Below are positions 45,712-54,432 of a stretch of DNA of 64,000 nucleotides, piece by piece; position 1 is the first letter of the stretch; every line of letters starts with the position of its first letter. Source of the stretch: a virus; IMG/VR virus record IMGVR_UViG_3300034069_000822; one strand, 5' to 3'. Under the pieces are notes generated by a model. That model saw nothing but the letters and a program-made list of their open reading frames with translations. It was not told where the DNA came from and made no database searches. Made by a program: the position numbers and the translations under genes.

Positions 45712-46104
45712 CTACTCCGCCGCCTGGAGTGCGGGCTTGCGGAAGTGCCGATCGCCTCGTTTGCGTTTCGCTTCGACCGCCGCCTCGTAGGATTTCTTGG
45801 CGTCGTCGGCCGCGTCATAGCCTTCCTCCAACCTGATCAGCACAGGCGCAAAGGCATCGATCGCAACATTGGTCTGCCGCAGCCGTTCCTGCCGGTCTGC
45901 GATCTCGCCTTCCAGCCGAGCCTTTTCGGTCCTGGCATGGGATAGGAAATCGGACACAACCGATGCCGACCGATCCAAGATCGTCGGCTGGCATTTCGGA
46001 TCGAACCCGGCGAGATGCCTTTCAGCCGCCGCTTCGAACTCAGCGTCGAGGGCAGTGTCATCATCGGGGTAGTTGCGGGTGAAGAGGTTGAGGAGGATGC
46101 TCAT
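45712..46104 (-). CDS. Hypothetical coiled-coil protein, 130 aa
   Basis: In-operon ORF. Confidence 0.7.
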   Translation of the reverse strand: MSILLNLFTRNYPDDDTALDAEFEAAAERHLAGFDPKCQPTILDRSASVVSDFLSHARTEKARLEGEIADRQERLRQTNVAIDAFAPVLIRLEEGYDAADDAKKSYEAAVEAKRKRGDRHFRKPALQAAE

Positions 46105-46109
46105 GGCGT

Positions 46110-46355
46110 TTACTCCGAAACCATCTTGTCGGTGAGTTGCCCGCCGTCCGCGAGATGAGCATCGACTGCTGCGCTCGCCTGTGCCGCAGTCAGCGGTTCA
46201 TCCGTTTTGAGGTCGCGGAACGATTCCGGCTCTGCCAGCATGTCGGCGTACGTCGGCGCGCAATCCTCACAAGCGATCTCTTCCGCGCCCTGGTGATAGA
46301 GGTCGCCCTCGTTGATGGTTTTCAGGCAGAAAACGCAGTTGCCCAGTTCAGCCAT
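46110..46355 (-). CDS. Small zinc-finger protein, 81 aa
   Basis: CVFC...CEDC. Confidence 0.7.
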   Translation of the reverse strand: MAELGNCVFCLKTINEGDLYHQGAEEIACEDCAPTYADMLAEPESFRDLKTDEPLTAAQASAAVDAHLADGGQLTDKMVSE

Positions 46356-46605
46356 GCTCGCCTCCCGCAAACGACAATTTTTCGAGACGCGCGAGCTGCT
46401 TTTTGAGGGAGAAAATTCTCCTCGACCGCATCGTGTTTGCGGCGAAGACAGCATCTTCTCGCGAGTGATGGGCATCAATGCCAAGCTTGAAGTGCTGCCG
46501 ATATGGGGCGCTGGCATAGACATATTCGGGATACGACGAACTGATTTCGCCCTCGATCTCAGTGATCCCAGTGCTCAGCGCATACTTGCTGATATAGACC
46601 TTCAT
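46348..46605 (-). CDS. Hypothetical protein, 85 aa
   Basis: KVYISKYALSTGI...SLKKQL..LE pattern seen in phage proteins. Confidence 0.7.
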   Translation of the reverse strand: MKVYISKYALSTGITEIEGEISSSYPEYVYASAPYRQHFKLGIDAHHSREDAVFAANTMRSRRIFSLKKQLARLEKLSFAGGEHG

Positions 46606-46610
46606 CGCCG

Positions 46611-47183
46611 TTACTCCGTCTCGTCGCTCTGATCTGCGAATGGATCGGCACCGGCGATCAACTCGTCTGCCTCCGCCTTGATCCGCATCTGGCGGATCGA
46701 GAAAATGGCACCCTGCCCGCGATGCCATGCCTCGGCATAGGCCTGCCCCTCCGGCGATGCTTCGTTGAAGGGATTGGACAGCGTGTCGCCGCGCATGCCG
46801 GCTTCTTCGCCGTCGCGAGCCGCTCGCTCGACCACAGGGGCACGATCTTCGAGCAGATCAAGCTGAGTGCCGACAGGCATGCCCGCGAAACTCATCGCCT
46901 GCATCTTGGCGTCGATCTCAGCCTTGAGCCTGGCTTGACCTTCCGGCGTCTGTGCCGTGTCGTAGTCCTTGATCTGGCTGAGACCAAATTCGCCGAGATC
47001 GGCCTTGATGGTCTTGCCGACCAGTTTCATCTTGGCGTCAGCGGCCTTCTTCGCCGCAAGCGCCTCGTGGTAGTCGGACCTGTTCATGAAGAACAGAACA
47101 CGCTTGCTGTCGTCGCTCACACCGCTGTTGTGGCCTTCTCCGGCCGCCATTTCTGCATGCTTTGCCATGTCACTCTCCTTCAT
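46611..47183 (-). CDS. Hypothetical protein with a C-terminal RMF-like segment
   Basis: GEEAGMRG...NPF...AWHRGQ; start may be 47168. Confidence 0.7.
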   Translation of the reverse strand: MKESDMAKHAEMAAGEGHNSGVSDDSKRVLFFMNRSDYHEALAAKKAADAKMKLVGKTIKADLGEFGLSQIKDYDTAQTPEGQARLKAEIDAKMQAMSFAGMPVGTQLDLLEDRAPVVERAARDGEEAGMRGDTLSNPFNEASPEGQAYAEAWHRGQGAIFSIRQMRIKAEADELIAGADPFADQSDETE

Positions 47184-47218
47184 GTTCGATCATCTCGGGC
47201 ACGACCCACTCGGCTAGA

Positions 47219-47614
47219 TCAGCGCCCCGATCCCGCAGCCACTTCGCCAGTGCGATCCGGGTCTCGACGGAGAGCCATCGCAACAAGACGGGTGGTTTCC
47301 TGCTTGAAAGCCGCATGTTCTTTCCTTGCCTGGACGACCGCGCGCATTTCTTCGATTTCACGGTGGTCAATCCTGTTTGCTTCCTGGTTGAAGACGGCGC
47401 GCACACGCCGCCTCGTCCACGCATTGTTACGCTTGCGCAAATCGCTAAAGGCACGCTCCAACATGGATTTGACGGGCTCGCGAATACCGCGAATACCGAT
47501 CACTTCATCCATAAGACTTGCCGCAAGTTCACCGTCCTGCATAGCTGATCTTTCCAAGTCCTTGGCTGATTTTTCCACGTTCATGGACAACTCCTTCGAT
47601 ACTGTCGTGAGCAT
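47219..47614 (-). CDS. Putative phage regulatory (cII-position-like) protein
   Basis: WTRRRVRAVF..EA.RID..E pattern; start uncertain (47614 or 47584). Confidence 0.6.
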   Translation of the reverse strand: MLTTVSKELSMNVEKSAKDLERSAMQDGELAASLMDEVIGIRGIREPVKSMLERAFSDLRKRNNAWTRRRVRAVFNQEANRIDHREIEEMRAVVQARKEHAAFKQETTRLVAMALRRDPDRTGEVAAGSGR

Positions 47615-47806
47615 CGAAAGAGTTTCCCCGGTACGCGAAACCTGGGCCGGAGAAATTCGGGTAGACGGTCGGCAAAGCCGGCCACAGTGGAAGGAAGGGA
47701 ATGTCAAATGGATCGAACACGGAACCGCCAAGAACAGCGTTCGACCCAGCTTGAGTTGTTTGGGAAACGGAGCCGGCTTCGGCCGGCGAATGAAAATTGC
47801 CCATTC

Positions 47807-47974
47807 TCAGCCCCCCACCCGACGCGCCGCGTCTTCAATGGACTGGGGAGCGGTCGAAGAGACCTCAGCATCGCGGATGCAATTGCCAGAAGCGGCCCGG
47901 CCCAAGGCATAGCCGACCATGCCCGTTGCGAACGGTAGAAGAGCGAAGATGAGATCGGCAAAGGTCGAGATCAT
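47807..47974 (-). CDS. 55-aa membrane micro-protein (not in the ORF track)
   Basis: Translated by hand: MISTFADLIFALLPFATGMVGYALGRAASG...; ATGA overlap with the upstream stop. Confidence 0.55.
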   Translation of the reverse strand: MISTFADLIFALLPFATGMVGYALGRAASGNCIRDAEVSSTAPQSIEDAARRVGG

Positions 47975-48276
47975 ATCGACACCTTCAGAACGATGGAGCG
48001 TGCTTTGCCTGGGACGCGATCGATAAAACCGCGCTCGGCGAGAGCCACGACGAGCCGATGAACGCCAGCCTTTGAGTTGAGACCGATGCCGTCCTTGATC
48101 TCGTCGAAGGTCGGCGTCCTTCCGTCGTGGCCGCGCACGTACCGCTTGATGAACTCCAACGCGTCGACCTGACGATCCGTCATCCCACCGGTGCTTGGCG
48201 CCAGCTGCCTGACAACTTCATTCGCCAGTGCAGGATCGGTGCGGATCAGTTCGGCTGCGGTTTTGGAGAGGGTCAT
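47971..48276 (-). CDS. LexA N-terminal DNA-binding-domain-only protein, 101 aa
   Basis: MTDRQ..ALEFI......G.TPTF.EI...GL.S..GVHR...L.ERGFI.R..GKARSI; no peptidase domain. Confidence 0.85.
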   Translation of the reverse strand: MTLSKTAAELIRTDPALANEVVRQLAPSTGGMTDRQVDALEFIKRYVRGHDGRTPTFDEIKDGIGLNSKAGVHRLVVALAERGFIDRVPGKARSIVLKVSI

Positions 48277-48638
48277 GCGGACTTCCTGGGCAAATGAACC
48301 ACATTCCCTTCGACCTTCGGTGTGGGGAGAGGCTTGCGAGGCTTCGGTTTTGGGCTGGTTGGTCCATCGGAATAGCCGAGTGGAGGAACCGGACCGCCAG
48401 CAAGCCAAACCTCAACCATTGCAAAGCGATGGAGGGCGTATGGGGAATTGCCAGCGGTGCCGATCTTTGATGCCGAACGTTGTCCGGCTAACTCGGTCAA
48501 AATCCAGTAGCCATCATGGCGATAGCGCTCGACACCGTCCTCATCAGTGACGTGAGAAATCCCATGAACGAAGCCGACATACTTCTGCTTTGGCTTTGGC
48601 AGGTGCGGTGGAAACAATCTCCGAAGGAACCAGCGCAT
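48273..48638 (-). CDS. Hypothetical protein, 121 aa
   Basis: Coupled ORF. Confidence 0.65.
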   Translation of the reverse strand: MRWFLRRLFPPHLPKPKQKYVGFVHGISHVTDEDGVERYRHDGYWILTELAGQRSASKIGTAGNSPYALHRFAMVEVWLAGGPVPPLGYSDGPTSPKPKPRKPLPTPKVEGNVVHLPRKSA

Positions 48639-49034
48639 CTATGCCGCCCTCCCCTGGATGCTCAAGCGAGGCAGCGAGACCCAATGACACTCGGCCTTTT
48701 CAGTCAGGAAATTGGTGCCGAGCGCCGTCCGGTTCGGAACGCGCATTGCGTAGGGCCTGATCGAATAGGTCTCGGTGAGCGCGATAGGATCGCGTTCCTG
48801 AATGCGCTCCTCGGGCTTTTCCCTCACCGGCGGCACAATGATGTAGCCGCGGGCGCGGTCGCGGTTGAAGTTGACGCGTTCGCGTCGATGCTCCGCATAG
48901 ACCGGATCGATGGCGCAACGGACCGTGCTGCCCGTGAAGCCGAACTTCTTGCCTATTCCAGTGAAGGAGGCGCCCTCATTACGGAGCCGCTTCATTTCGG
49001 CCCGCATGGCTTCGGTGACGTGATTGGGTTTCAT
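48639..49034 (-). CDS. HTH protein, 131 aa
   Basis: RLRNEGASFTGIGKKFGFTGSTV N-terminal HTH. Confidence 0.65.
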   Translation of the reverse strand: MKPNHVTEAMRAEMKRLRNEGASFTGIGKKFGFTGSTVRCAIDPVYAEHRRERVNFNRDRARGYIIVPPVREKPEERIQERDPIALTETYSIRPYAMRVPNRTALGTNFLTEKAECHWVSLPRLSIQGRAA

Positions 49035-50545
49035 GCCGCCCTCGCAGCTTCATTCGCTTCCGCCCACAGACGGATTTGCTCGGTTTTCGGACGCCGCGAC
49101 CAAGCCATCAGACAGTCGTGGCAGGCATCCCGGCTATGAGACAGATGACAGGTGTATGGCTGCAAGCAGCGTGGATTTTCGAAAGTGGTGCCCGATGCTG
49201 GGGAGAAGGTCAGCACCGGGCTATCCGCGATCACCGGGGAGGAGTTTGGCTCTTGCGGATTGGAAACTTCGGCCGTGGCTGGATCACGGGGGGCTTGGGG
49301 GTTACCAGCCACGGCCTCGACTGCGGGGGCAGTCGATTGGGAAGTGAGTGCCGTCTCTCCGGCTGTCACGCCTGCCCTTTCGGGGCCACTGACGTTTGTG
49401 CCGGGGAACTGCCCGGTCAGAGCTGGGATCACCTCAGGTTGCCCCGATACTCCAGCCTCAGCCGAACCCGTTGCCGGGCCGACCAGATTTGCGGTCCTTT
49501 CGGATACCGCCTCACATGGCCCATTTGCCAAGGATGCTTGTGCCCCATCGGGCGAATTGGTTGCGCCGACTTCCACGGCGCTGCTGGCGCGCTCTGCGCT
49601 GCGGTCTACATCGTCGCCTCCCGTGCCAGGGGCTGGATTGCTCTCTTGCCTGAGATTGAGTTTGGCGACGGCCTCGCTGCCCGTGATGTAGGCCTTGAAG
49701 TCTTGGCGGACGCCGGCGTCGGCTTCTTTCCAGAGTCTGACAAGCTCGTCGAAGATGTTGCGCGGGGAAATGGTGGGGAGGTCGACCGAAGCTGCCTCCC
49801 CTTCGTGGCGGCCCTCACGATCCGCAAGCGTCCCGGCACCTGTACCCTGGCTTTGGAAGGCTTCGGCTTGCGGACCTGCCTCCGGGGATGGCTCATCGTT
49901 TACGAGGGCCTCTCGTGCATTCTTGCGACCGGCGTTGATACCGGCGACGTTCATGACGCCGACTTTGCCGTGCTTGTTTTTGTAGAAACGAGGCGTTCCG
50001 CCTGCCGCTTCGATCTTTTCGAATCGATCCTGAACAGCGGCTGGCACTGGAGGAGGCGGTGCTGGCCTGGGTTTCTCACTTACCGCGCGGTAAGTGACTT
50101 CCTGTCGCTGCTTCTGCACGAATGCCAAGCTGACGTGGCACTTCTGGCGAATGTCGTTGTCCGACCACGCCGACCATTCCGGGTCATTCAGAAGCGTTTC
50201 GACCGCCCGGCGCTTGTCGTCGCGGGTCCGCCTCAGACCATGCATCTCATTGGCGCCGACGCTATGCAGAATTGCATCGCGGCGCGTTCCCTGGCGAACA
50301 TCGGCGGCAACATTCTCCCGGCCGAGCTTCTGATAGGCATGGAACCGGTGGAACCCGTCGGCCAGCCAGTGCTTCTTGCCGTCGTAGAAAACAACGATTG
50401 GCGGGAACGTCGCGCCGGCCTTGATGGCCTCGGCATACTCGCTGACGACGTGCTCGTTGAGCGTTGCGCGCGACTGCGTTCCGCCGTCGATCTGGATGGC
50501 GTCGAGCGCGAGACCATGATCCTCGGGAGACTGGAGGCGGATCAT
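49031..50545 (-). CDS. ParB/Srx-like N-terminal domain protein with a long disordered linker and C-terminal Cys/His cluster
   Basis: TQSR..LN...V.EY......FPPIVVF.DG...LADGFHR..A. Confidence 0.8.
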   Translation of the reverse strand: MIRLQSPEDHGLALDAIQIDGGTQSRATLNEHVVSEYAEAIKAGATFPPIVVFYDGKKHWLADGFHRFHAYQKLGRENVAADVRQGTRRDAILHSVGANEMHGLRRTRDDKRRAVETLLNDPEWSAWSDNDIRQKCHVSLAFVQKQRQEVTYRAVSEKPRPAPPPPVPAAVQDRFEKIEAAGGTPRFYKNKHGKVGVMNVAGINAGRKNAREALVNDEPSPEAGPQAEAFQSQGTGAGTLADREGRHEGEAASVDLPTISPRNIFDELVRLWKEADAGVRQDFKAYITGSEAVAKLNLRQESNPAPGTGGDDVDRSAERASSAVEVGATNSPDGAQASLANGPCEAVSERTANLVGPATGSAEAGVSGQPEVIPALTGQFPGTNVSGPERAGVTAGETALTSQSTAPAVEAVAGNPQAPRDPATAEVSNPQEPNSSPVIADSPVLTFSPASGTTFENPRCLQPYTCHLSHSRDACHDCLMAWSRRPKTEQIRLWAEANEAARAA

Positions 50546-50859
50546 GCGGGCCTCCGAAACGCGTCAAGGCTCGGCAGAAAACGCGGAGGCCTGCCGTTCC
50601 ATGCCCATGCTTCAAGCCGGCGAATGCGAGCGAGCGTTTCGTTGGCAGGATCGCTTTCGCGTTCGTCGCCTTTCAATATCCAGTCGACGGAACACCGGAG
50701 GATGATGGACAACGCCACGAGCTTGTTGACGTCTGGGAGTGTCAGATCGCCTTCCCACTGCGATATTGCAGATGGCGTGATGTTCAGAACCAAGGCGAGG
50801 TCGCTTTGCGTAATGCTCAGACCTCTACGCGCTTCCTTGATACGGGCGCCGGCGCTCAT
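50542..50859 (-). CDS. XRE-family HTH regulator
   Basis: RIKEAR...ITQSDLA..LNITPSAISQWEG. Confidence 0.85.
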   Translation of the reverse strand: MSAGARIKEARRGLSITQSDLALVLNITPSAISQWEGDLTLPDVNKLVALSIILRCSVDWILKGDERESDPANETLARIRRLEAWAWNGRPPRFLPSLDAFRRPA

Positions 50860-51071
50860 GCTGCTTCTCCCGAAGCAGGGGCGACTGCCGGCACGAAGTC
50901 ATTTGCGGTGACCGAGCCTTTGGTGACATGATCGATAGTTGCCAAGCTCTCCCACGATGGCTTCGAAATCCCACGCTTGATCCTGCTGATCTGGGATTGG
51001 GACATTCCAACCAACACGCCAAAGGCTTCGTCGGTCAGGTTGTTCACTGAGAGATATTCGGAGAGCTTCAT
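50856..51071 (-). CDS. Cro-like HTH repressor, 71 aa
   Basis: MKLSEYL...FG..VG.SQSQISRI..G...PS...T.G.VT.NDF; divergent from cI. Confidence 0.85.
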   Translation of the reverse strand: MKLSEYLSVNNLTDEAFGVLVGMSQSQISRIKRGISKPSWESLATIDHVTKGSVTANDFVPAVAPASGEAA

Positions 51072-51081
51072 GCTGCACAAA

Positions 51082-51121
51082 ATGCATTGGATGCATATGC
51101 ATGTCAAGCATGATTATGCAT
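51082..51121. promoter_or_regulatory. cro-side operator/promoter region
   Basis: Palindrome ATGCAT-tgg-ATGCAT 51082-96; further ATGCAT half-sites at 51097 and 51116; minus-strand TTGACA 51102-07. Confidence 0.75.
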
Positions 51122-51130
51122 GCCATGACA

Positions 51131-51159
51131 TTAAGCATTCAAACGGGGCGCAGTACCCT
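51131..51159 (+). promoter_or_regulatory. Candidate PRM-like promoter for leaderless cI
   Basis: TTAAGC-N17-TACCCT, then 6 nt to the ATG; no Shine-Dalgarno. Confidence 0.5.
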
Positions 51160-51165
51160 TAGAAC

Positions 51166-51588
51166 ATGGCACCCAGACCCAAACCAAAGCGCGATAGAGG
51201 CCGGCATTTCTTCCGTGCATGGCGGGAGAACGTGTTCCCAAATCAGATGGACGCCATGGAAGCTCTGGGCTGGTCACAGTCCAAGATCAGTCGTCTCGAA
51301 AACGGCGATACCCCGTACAATCAAGACGACTTGGAATTTGCCGCAGAGGTGTTCGGCTGCTCGCCGGCAGACTTGATAACGCGGCCGCCTGGTGATGCTG
51401 ATCGAACGCCAGAAATCCAACTCCGATCGGCCCTACTGGCGTTTGGTGTTGATGCTGAAGATCTCGGCCGCGCCGTTTCGTCTGTCAAAGTGTTTGTCGA
51501 CGACCTCGACGAGCAACCATCACAAGACCTTCCTGATGATCAACACGAACGCGCCAGTGGCCGCCGTGTAAAAGTGCCATCGCGGTAG
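51166..51588 (+). CDS. CI-like XRE repressor lacking an S24 autopeptidase domain
   Basis: WRE...NQ...EALGWSQSKISRLENG..PY.QD.LE..A..FGCSPADL; only 140 aa. Confidence 0.85.
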   Translation: MAPRPKPKRDRGRHFFRAWRENVFPNQMDAMEALGWSQSKISRLENGDTPYNQDDLEFAAEVFGCSPADLITRPPGDADRTPEIQLRSALLAFGVDAEDLGRAVSSVKVFVDDLDEQPSQDLPDDQHERASGRRVKVPSR

Positions 51589-51715
51589 ATATCTCTGCGG
51601 CCTTGCGCTTGATGATCATCCTTGGATCGAGCGGAGCCCCCGCACCGGCAGCATTTCTCAGGTCTGCGACTATCCCCTCATTCCGCGTCCTCTGACGCAG
51701 CGCGTTCTCGGCCAA
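51485..51715 (-). CDS. Small LexA-box-preceded protein, candidate antirepressor
   Basis: TTG start with GAGGGG upstream; SOS box 26 nt upstream; convergent with cI. Confidence 0.6.
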   Translation of the reverse strand: MAENALRQRTRNEGIVADLRNAAGAGAPLDPRMIIKRKAAEISTAMALLHGGHWRVRVDHQEGLVMVARRGRRQTL

Positions 51716-51741
51716 TTCCCCTCACTCCTTAACCAAAAATA

Positions 51742-51756
51742 GAACATAATAGGAAC
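51742..51756 (-). promoter_or_regulatory. Alphaproteobacterial LexA (SOS) box
   Basis: GAAC-ATAATAG-GAAC (GTTC-N7-GTTC on the minus strand); minus-strand TTGACA at 51772-77. Confidence 0.8.
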
Positions 51757-51863
51757 AAAATCCTTAAAGCATGTCAACCGCTGACAAACCCAGCGCTGTT
51801 TCTATGGTGGATTTTCCCCCTGCAATCACGAAAATTCATAGATAACGAAAGTGCTACAGACCG

Positions 51864-52259
51864 TTAGGTTTTGTGTCTAGGGGGCGAAGTGTCCATTTTG
51901 GACAGTTCACCAACCGCAGTGCGAAGAACTCTTTCCGCGTCTGCGAAGAAGGAATCTGTCTCATTTGATGACGATTTGAAGTAATATACGATGCGCCGAC
52001 CGACACGCGTCTGGGCAACCTTGCCTCTTACTTGCATTGCCGACAGATGCCGGAGTACCGATGTCCGGGGCAATGTCGTCACTGCTGCAATTTGGCTGGC
52101 ATCCAATGCCTTCCCCTCGTACTGGCCCAGCCGAACAGCAAATGACACAACCATTTCCTCCGTCGGTCTGCCCTGGGACGTGACCAGCGAATGAAGATCC
52201 AGCATCATCCGAACGAGAATGCCTCGGATTTGCTTCTGCTGTTCTGTTGCGTCCGGCAA
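51864..52259 (-). CDS. Winged-HTH (MarR/ArsR-like) protein
   Basis: ASQIAAVTTLPRTSVLRHLSAM...G.V...GRR..Y. Confidence 0.65.
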   Translation of the reverse strand: MPDATEQQKQIRGILVRMMLDLHSLVTSQGRPTEEMVVSFAVRLGQYEGKALDASQIAAVTTLPRTSVLRHLSAMQVRGKVAQTRVGRRIVYYFKSSSNETDSFFADAERVLRTAVGELSKMDTSPPRHKT

Positions 52260-52395
52260 TTAGGGCGATACCTCTAAGCGCCCCCACCTACTTCAAAACG
52301 AATTCCAATAGTCCCAGATTCCGGCACACAAGGCACATTTTCCGCCGAATATGGGACCATTTCAAGGGCTTAAGGATTCGGCGATAAGTCGAGGC

Positions 52396-52797
52396 ATGCC
52401 TAAGCCGAAGCCCCACGAATTCAAACTGCGCGTCTCGCCGCAGCTCTGGGACGTTATCGAGCAGATTCGTGGTAAAAAGAGCCTGAACCGTCAAATCAAT
52501 GATTGGTTATGGGCAATGGCCGATCCAGACGACGCCGACAAACTGGCTGCTGCCTTGCGGCCGATCCTGAAGACCATGAGCGAAACCGACCGATCCGCCT
52601 TCGTCGATCATGCGATGGGCGCGATTAAGGCTCTATCCGCACCGAAGCCGAAGGTGAGAAAGCGGCGCGTGAAGCCTGTCCTGTGGATCAGGCATAGCTT
52701 TCCCCTTCGCTTACTGCCCCCACCACAAGGCGGGCCGCGAACCGGGCAGGACGCTTTCAATCACGGTATAGCTGGAGTGCCGTTTACCTCTACATGA
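52396..52797 (+). CDS. Arc/ribbon-helix-helix family protein
   Basis: EFKLRVSPQL...I......SLN.QI; GAGG upstream of MPKP. Confidence 0.65.
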   Translation: MPKPKPHEFKLRVSPQLWDVIEQIRGKKSLNRQINDWLWAMADPDDADKLAAALRPILKTMSETDRSAFVDHAMGAIKALSAPKPKVRKRRVKPVLWIRHSFPLRLLPPPQGGPRTGQDAFNHGIAGVPFTST

Positions 52798-53249
52798 GGA
52801 AGATGGCCGGTCCCTGCCCCTCTACTGAGCCAAAAACCGCCGAAGATCGAGCGGCTCAGCCTGGCGTAGACCCTTCTTTCGAAAGTGGCAATTTGCACGG
52901 TATGGTTGCCGAAGCAGTCTGCCGGGTTTGTTTGCTCCAGTTACCTCTCAGCTCGCATCAGCTTTCGAGCGGTTGAACCTCTTTCGAGGAAAGACCCGCC
53001 GTGACTATCCGGTTCAGCCTGGGAACCGGTCACCGCATGGGGATTGATGCACCGGATGATCGGCGCGGCGGGGCAATCGCCCGAAAAGACCGTCGCTTTG
53101 CCGCTCCAATCACAAACTCTTGGCGGGAACCTCCGAGCAGACCCAAGATATTGCGATTTTCTGCGTCGCGACGCCGCTTTTTCGATTGCTCGTTTAGTAT
53201 CGACCTGATACATAAGCGGTGACTTATTCCTTGCCTTTTTGGGCGTCGC

Positions 53250-53285
53250 GCCTCGGTCGGATCATCCCGCCGAGGCTTTTCTTTT
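53250..53285 (+). terminator. Rho-independent terminator upstream of the early promoter
   Basis: GCCTCGG...CCGAGGC stem followed by TTTTCTTTT. Confidence 0.75.
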
Positions 53286-53316
53286 ATGCGCTCCAAAAAT
53301 GCTTCGCAAGAAATTT

Positions 53317-53367
53317 ATGCATCATATGCATTTTCCTCTTGCGCTTTGATATGCATTCGATGCATAG
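53317..53367 (+). promoter_or_regulatory. Early-operon (PL-like) promoter with two operators
   Basis: ATGCAT-cat-ATGCAT 53317-31 and ATGCAT-tcg-ATGCAT 53351-65; TTGCGC-N17-GCATAG. Confidence 0.75.
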
Positions 53368-53437
53368 TCGCCTCATCAACCCAGCGCGAAGAAGCACCCA
53401 ACGGGGCGCCGATCTGCCGGAAACGATGAGGACGACG

Positions 53438-53665
53438 ATGAACACCGCATTGCAAACCGCGACCGTGAAGACCGTTGTCGCGAAGTACGTCGACCAGCGC
53501 GACGTGGTTATTGCCGATTTGAAGGCGGCCCTTGAGCAAATCCTGATGCCGGACGTTTTCCACGTCGCAGTCAATCGGATCGAGCTCTCCTCGGAGCCTG
53601 TTCAGACCGTCATCGGAGACATCTACGAAATCGCTCGCGTTGCCCTCGCCAAGGCGGAGGCCTGA
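53438..53665 (+). CDS. Early hypothetical protein, 75 aa
   Basis: GAGGA upstream; first ORF after the early promoter. Confidence 0.65.
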   Translation: MNTALQTATVKTVVAKYVDQRDVVIADLKAALEQILMPDVFHVAVNRIELSSEPVQTVIGDIYEIARVALAKAEA

Positions 53666-53668
53666 GCC

Positions 53669-54118
53669 ATGCGCCTCTCCCAAACCAAGCCTGATCCGTC
53701 CACCGCGATCAACTCAGCCACCTTCCAGCGTGCAGCTGTGAAGCGGGTGATCGACGAAGATACCGGCGAGCGTGTCGGCTGGATGCGTCTTTGCTTCGGC
53801 GAGATCGAATGGAGCGCCTTCGACTATCAGGGCTTCTCGGCCACGGAAGCCGAAGCCCTTGCTGAAATCGAAGCCGCCGTACTCCAGCACCGCGCCAATG
53901 AAGCCGCCGACGCCGCCTATGTGGCCGAGGTCATGGCCCTGCCGGAGCCGGCTCGTACCGCCCGCCGCAATCGCGACAAGGCCGTCGTGATGGTCGAGGT
54001 CGAACGCCATCGCATCGTCATCAATGCGTACGACCTCGCCAATGCGGAGCGCGCCCTCGCGGATGCCGAGGCTGATCTCGATGCGGCGATGGCGATTGGG
54101 AACCGGAGGGCGGCGTGA
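53669..54118 (+). CDS. Early hypothetical protein, 149 aa
   Basis: In-operon ORF. Confidence 0.7.
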   Translation: MRLSQTKPDPSTAINSATFQRAAVKRVIDEDTGERVGWMRLCFGEIEWSAFDYQGFSATEAEALAEIEAAVLQHRANEAADAAYVAEVMALPEPARTARRNRDKAVVMVEVERHRIVINAYDLANAERALADAEADLDAAMAIGNRRAA

Positions 54119-54432
54119 TGGATGACGACGCGCCCAAGTCGGTCCCGTGCGGACAGGAGACACGCGGCAACATCTGCTTGACGCACGCTCTGTGGTGCCC
54201 GGTTTCGATGATCGGCCGCAGCGAACAGCCAGAAACCGGCGTTCGTCGCCTCGACATTCCGCGCGGCCAACCCGGCCATTTCGAACTGATGCAGCACGGC
54301 TGCCGGGACTGGAAATTCGTCACCGATCTCACATTCCAGGCTTTGGCCAAGGGTTGGGACACCCAGCGCATCAGCGACTTCATCCGCAATTTCGGCGAAC
54401 GCCGCCGGCCAAGAGCGAGGGTACTTTTATGA
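54115..54432 (+). CDS. Early hypothetical protein, 105 aa
   Basis: Coupled start and stop. Confidence 0.6.
   Translation: MMDDDAPKSVPCGQETRGNICLTHALWCPVSMIGRSEQPETGVRRLDIPRGQPGHFELMQHGCRDWKFVTDLTFQALAKGWDTQRISDFIRNFGERRRPRARVLL

Noticed and set aside
46722-47912. 396-aa plus-strand ORF
   Set aside because: Antisense to coupled early genes; no motif
49031-50545. N15-like linear plasmid prophage
   Set aside because: No protelomerase, ParA or RepA primase-helicase; an excisionase-like gene points to integration
49076-50911. 611-aa plus-strand ORF
   Set aside because: Antisense to ParB-like, XRE and cro genes that have clear motifs; no recognisable domain; typical high-GC shadow frame
51729-51767. 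CtrA binding site
   Set aside because: The two TTAA motifs are 31 nt apart, not 7
53001-53296. ORFs 53001-53222 and 53030-53296
   Set aside because: No motif or clear RBS; they overlap the terminator region
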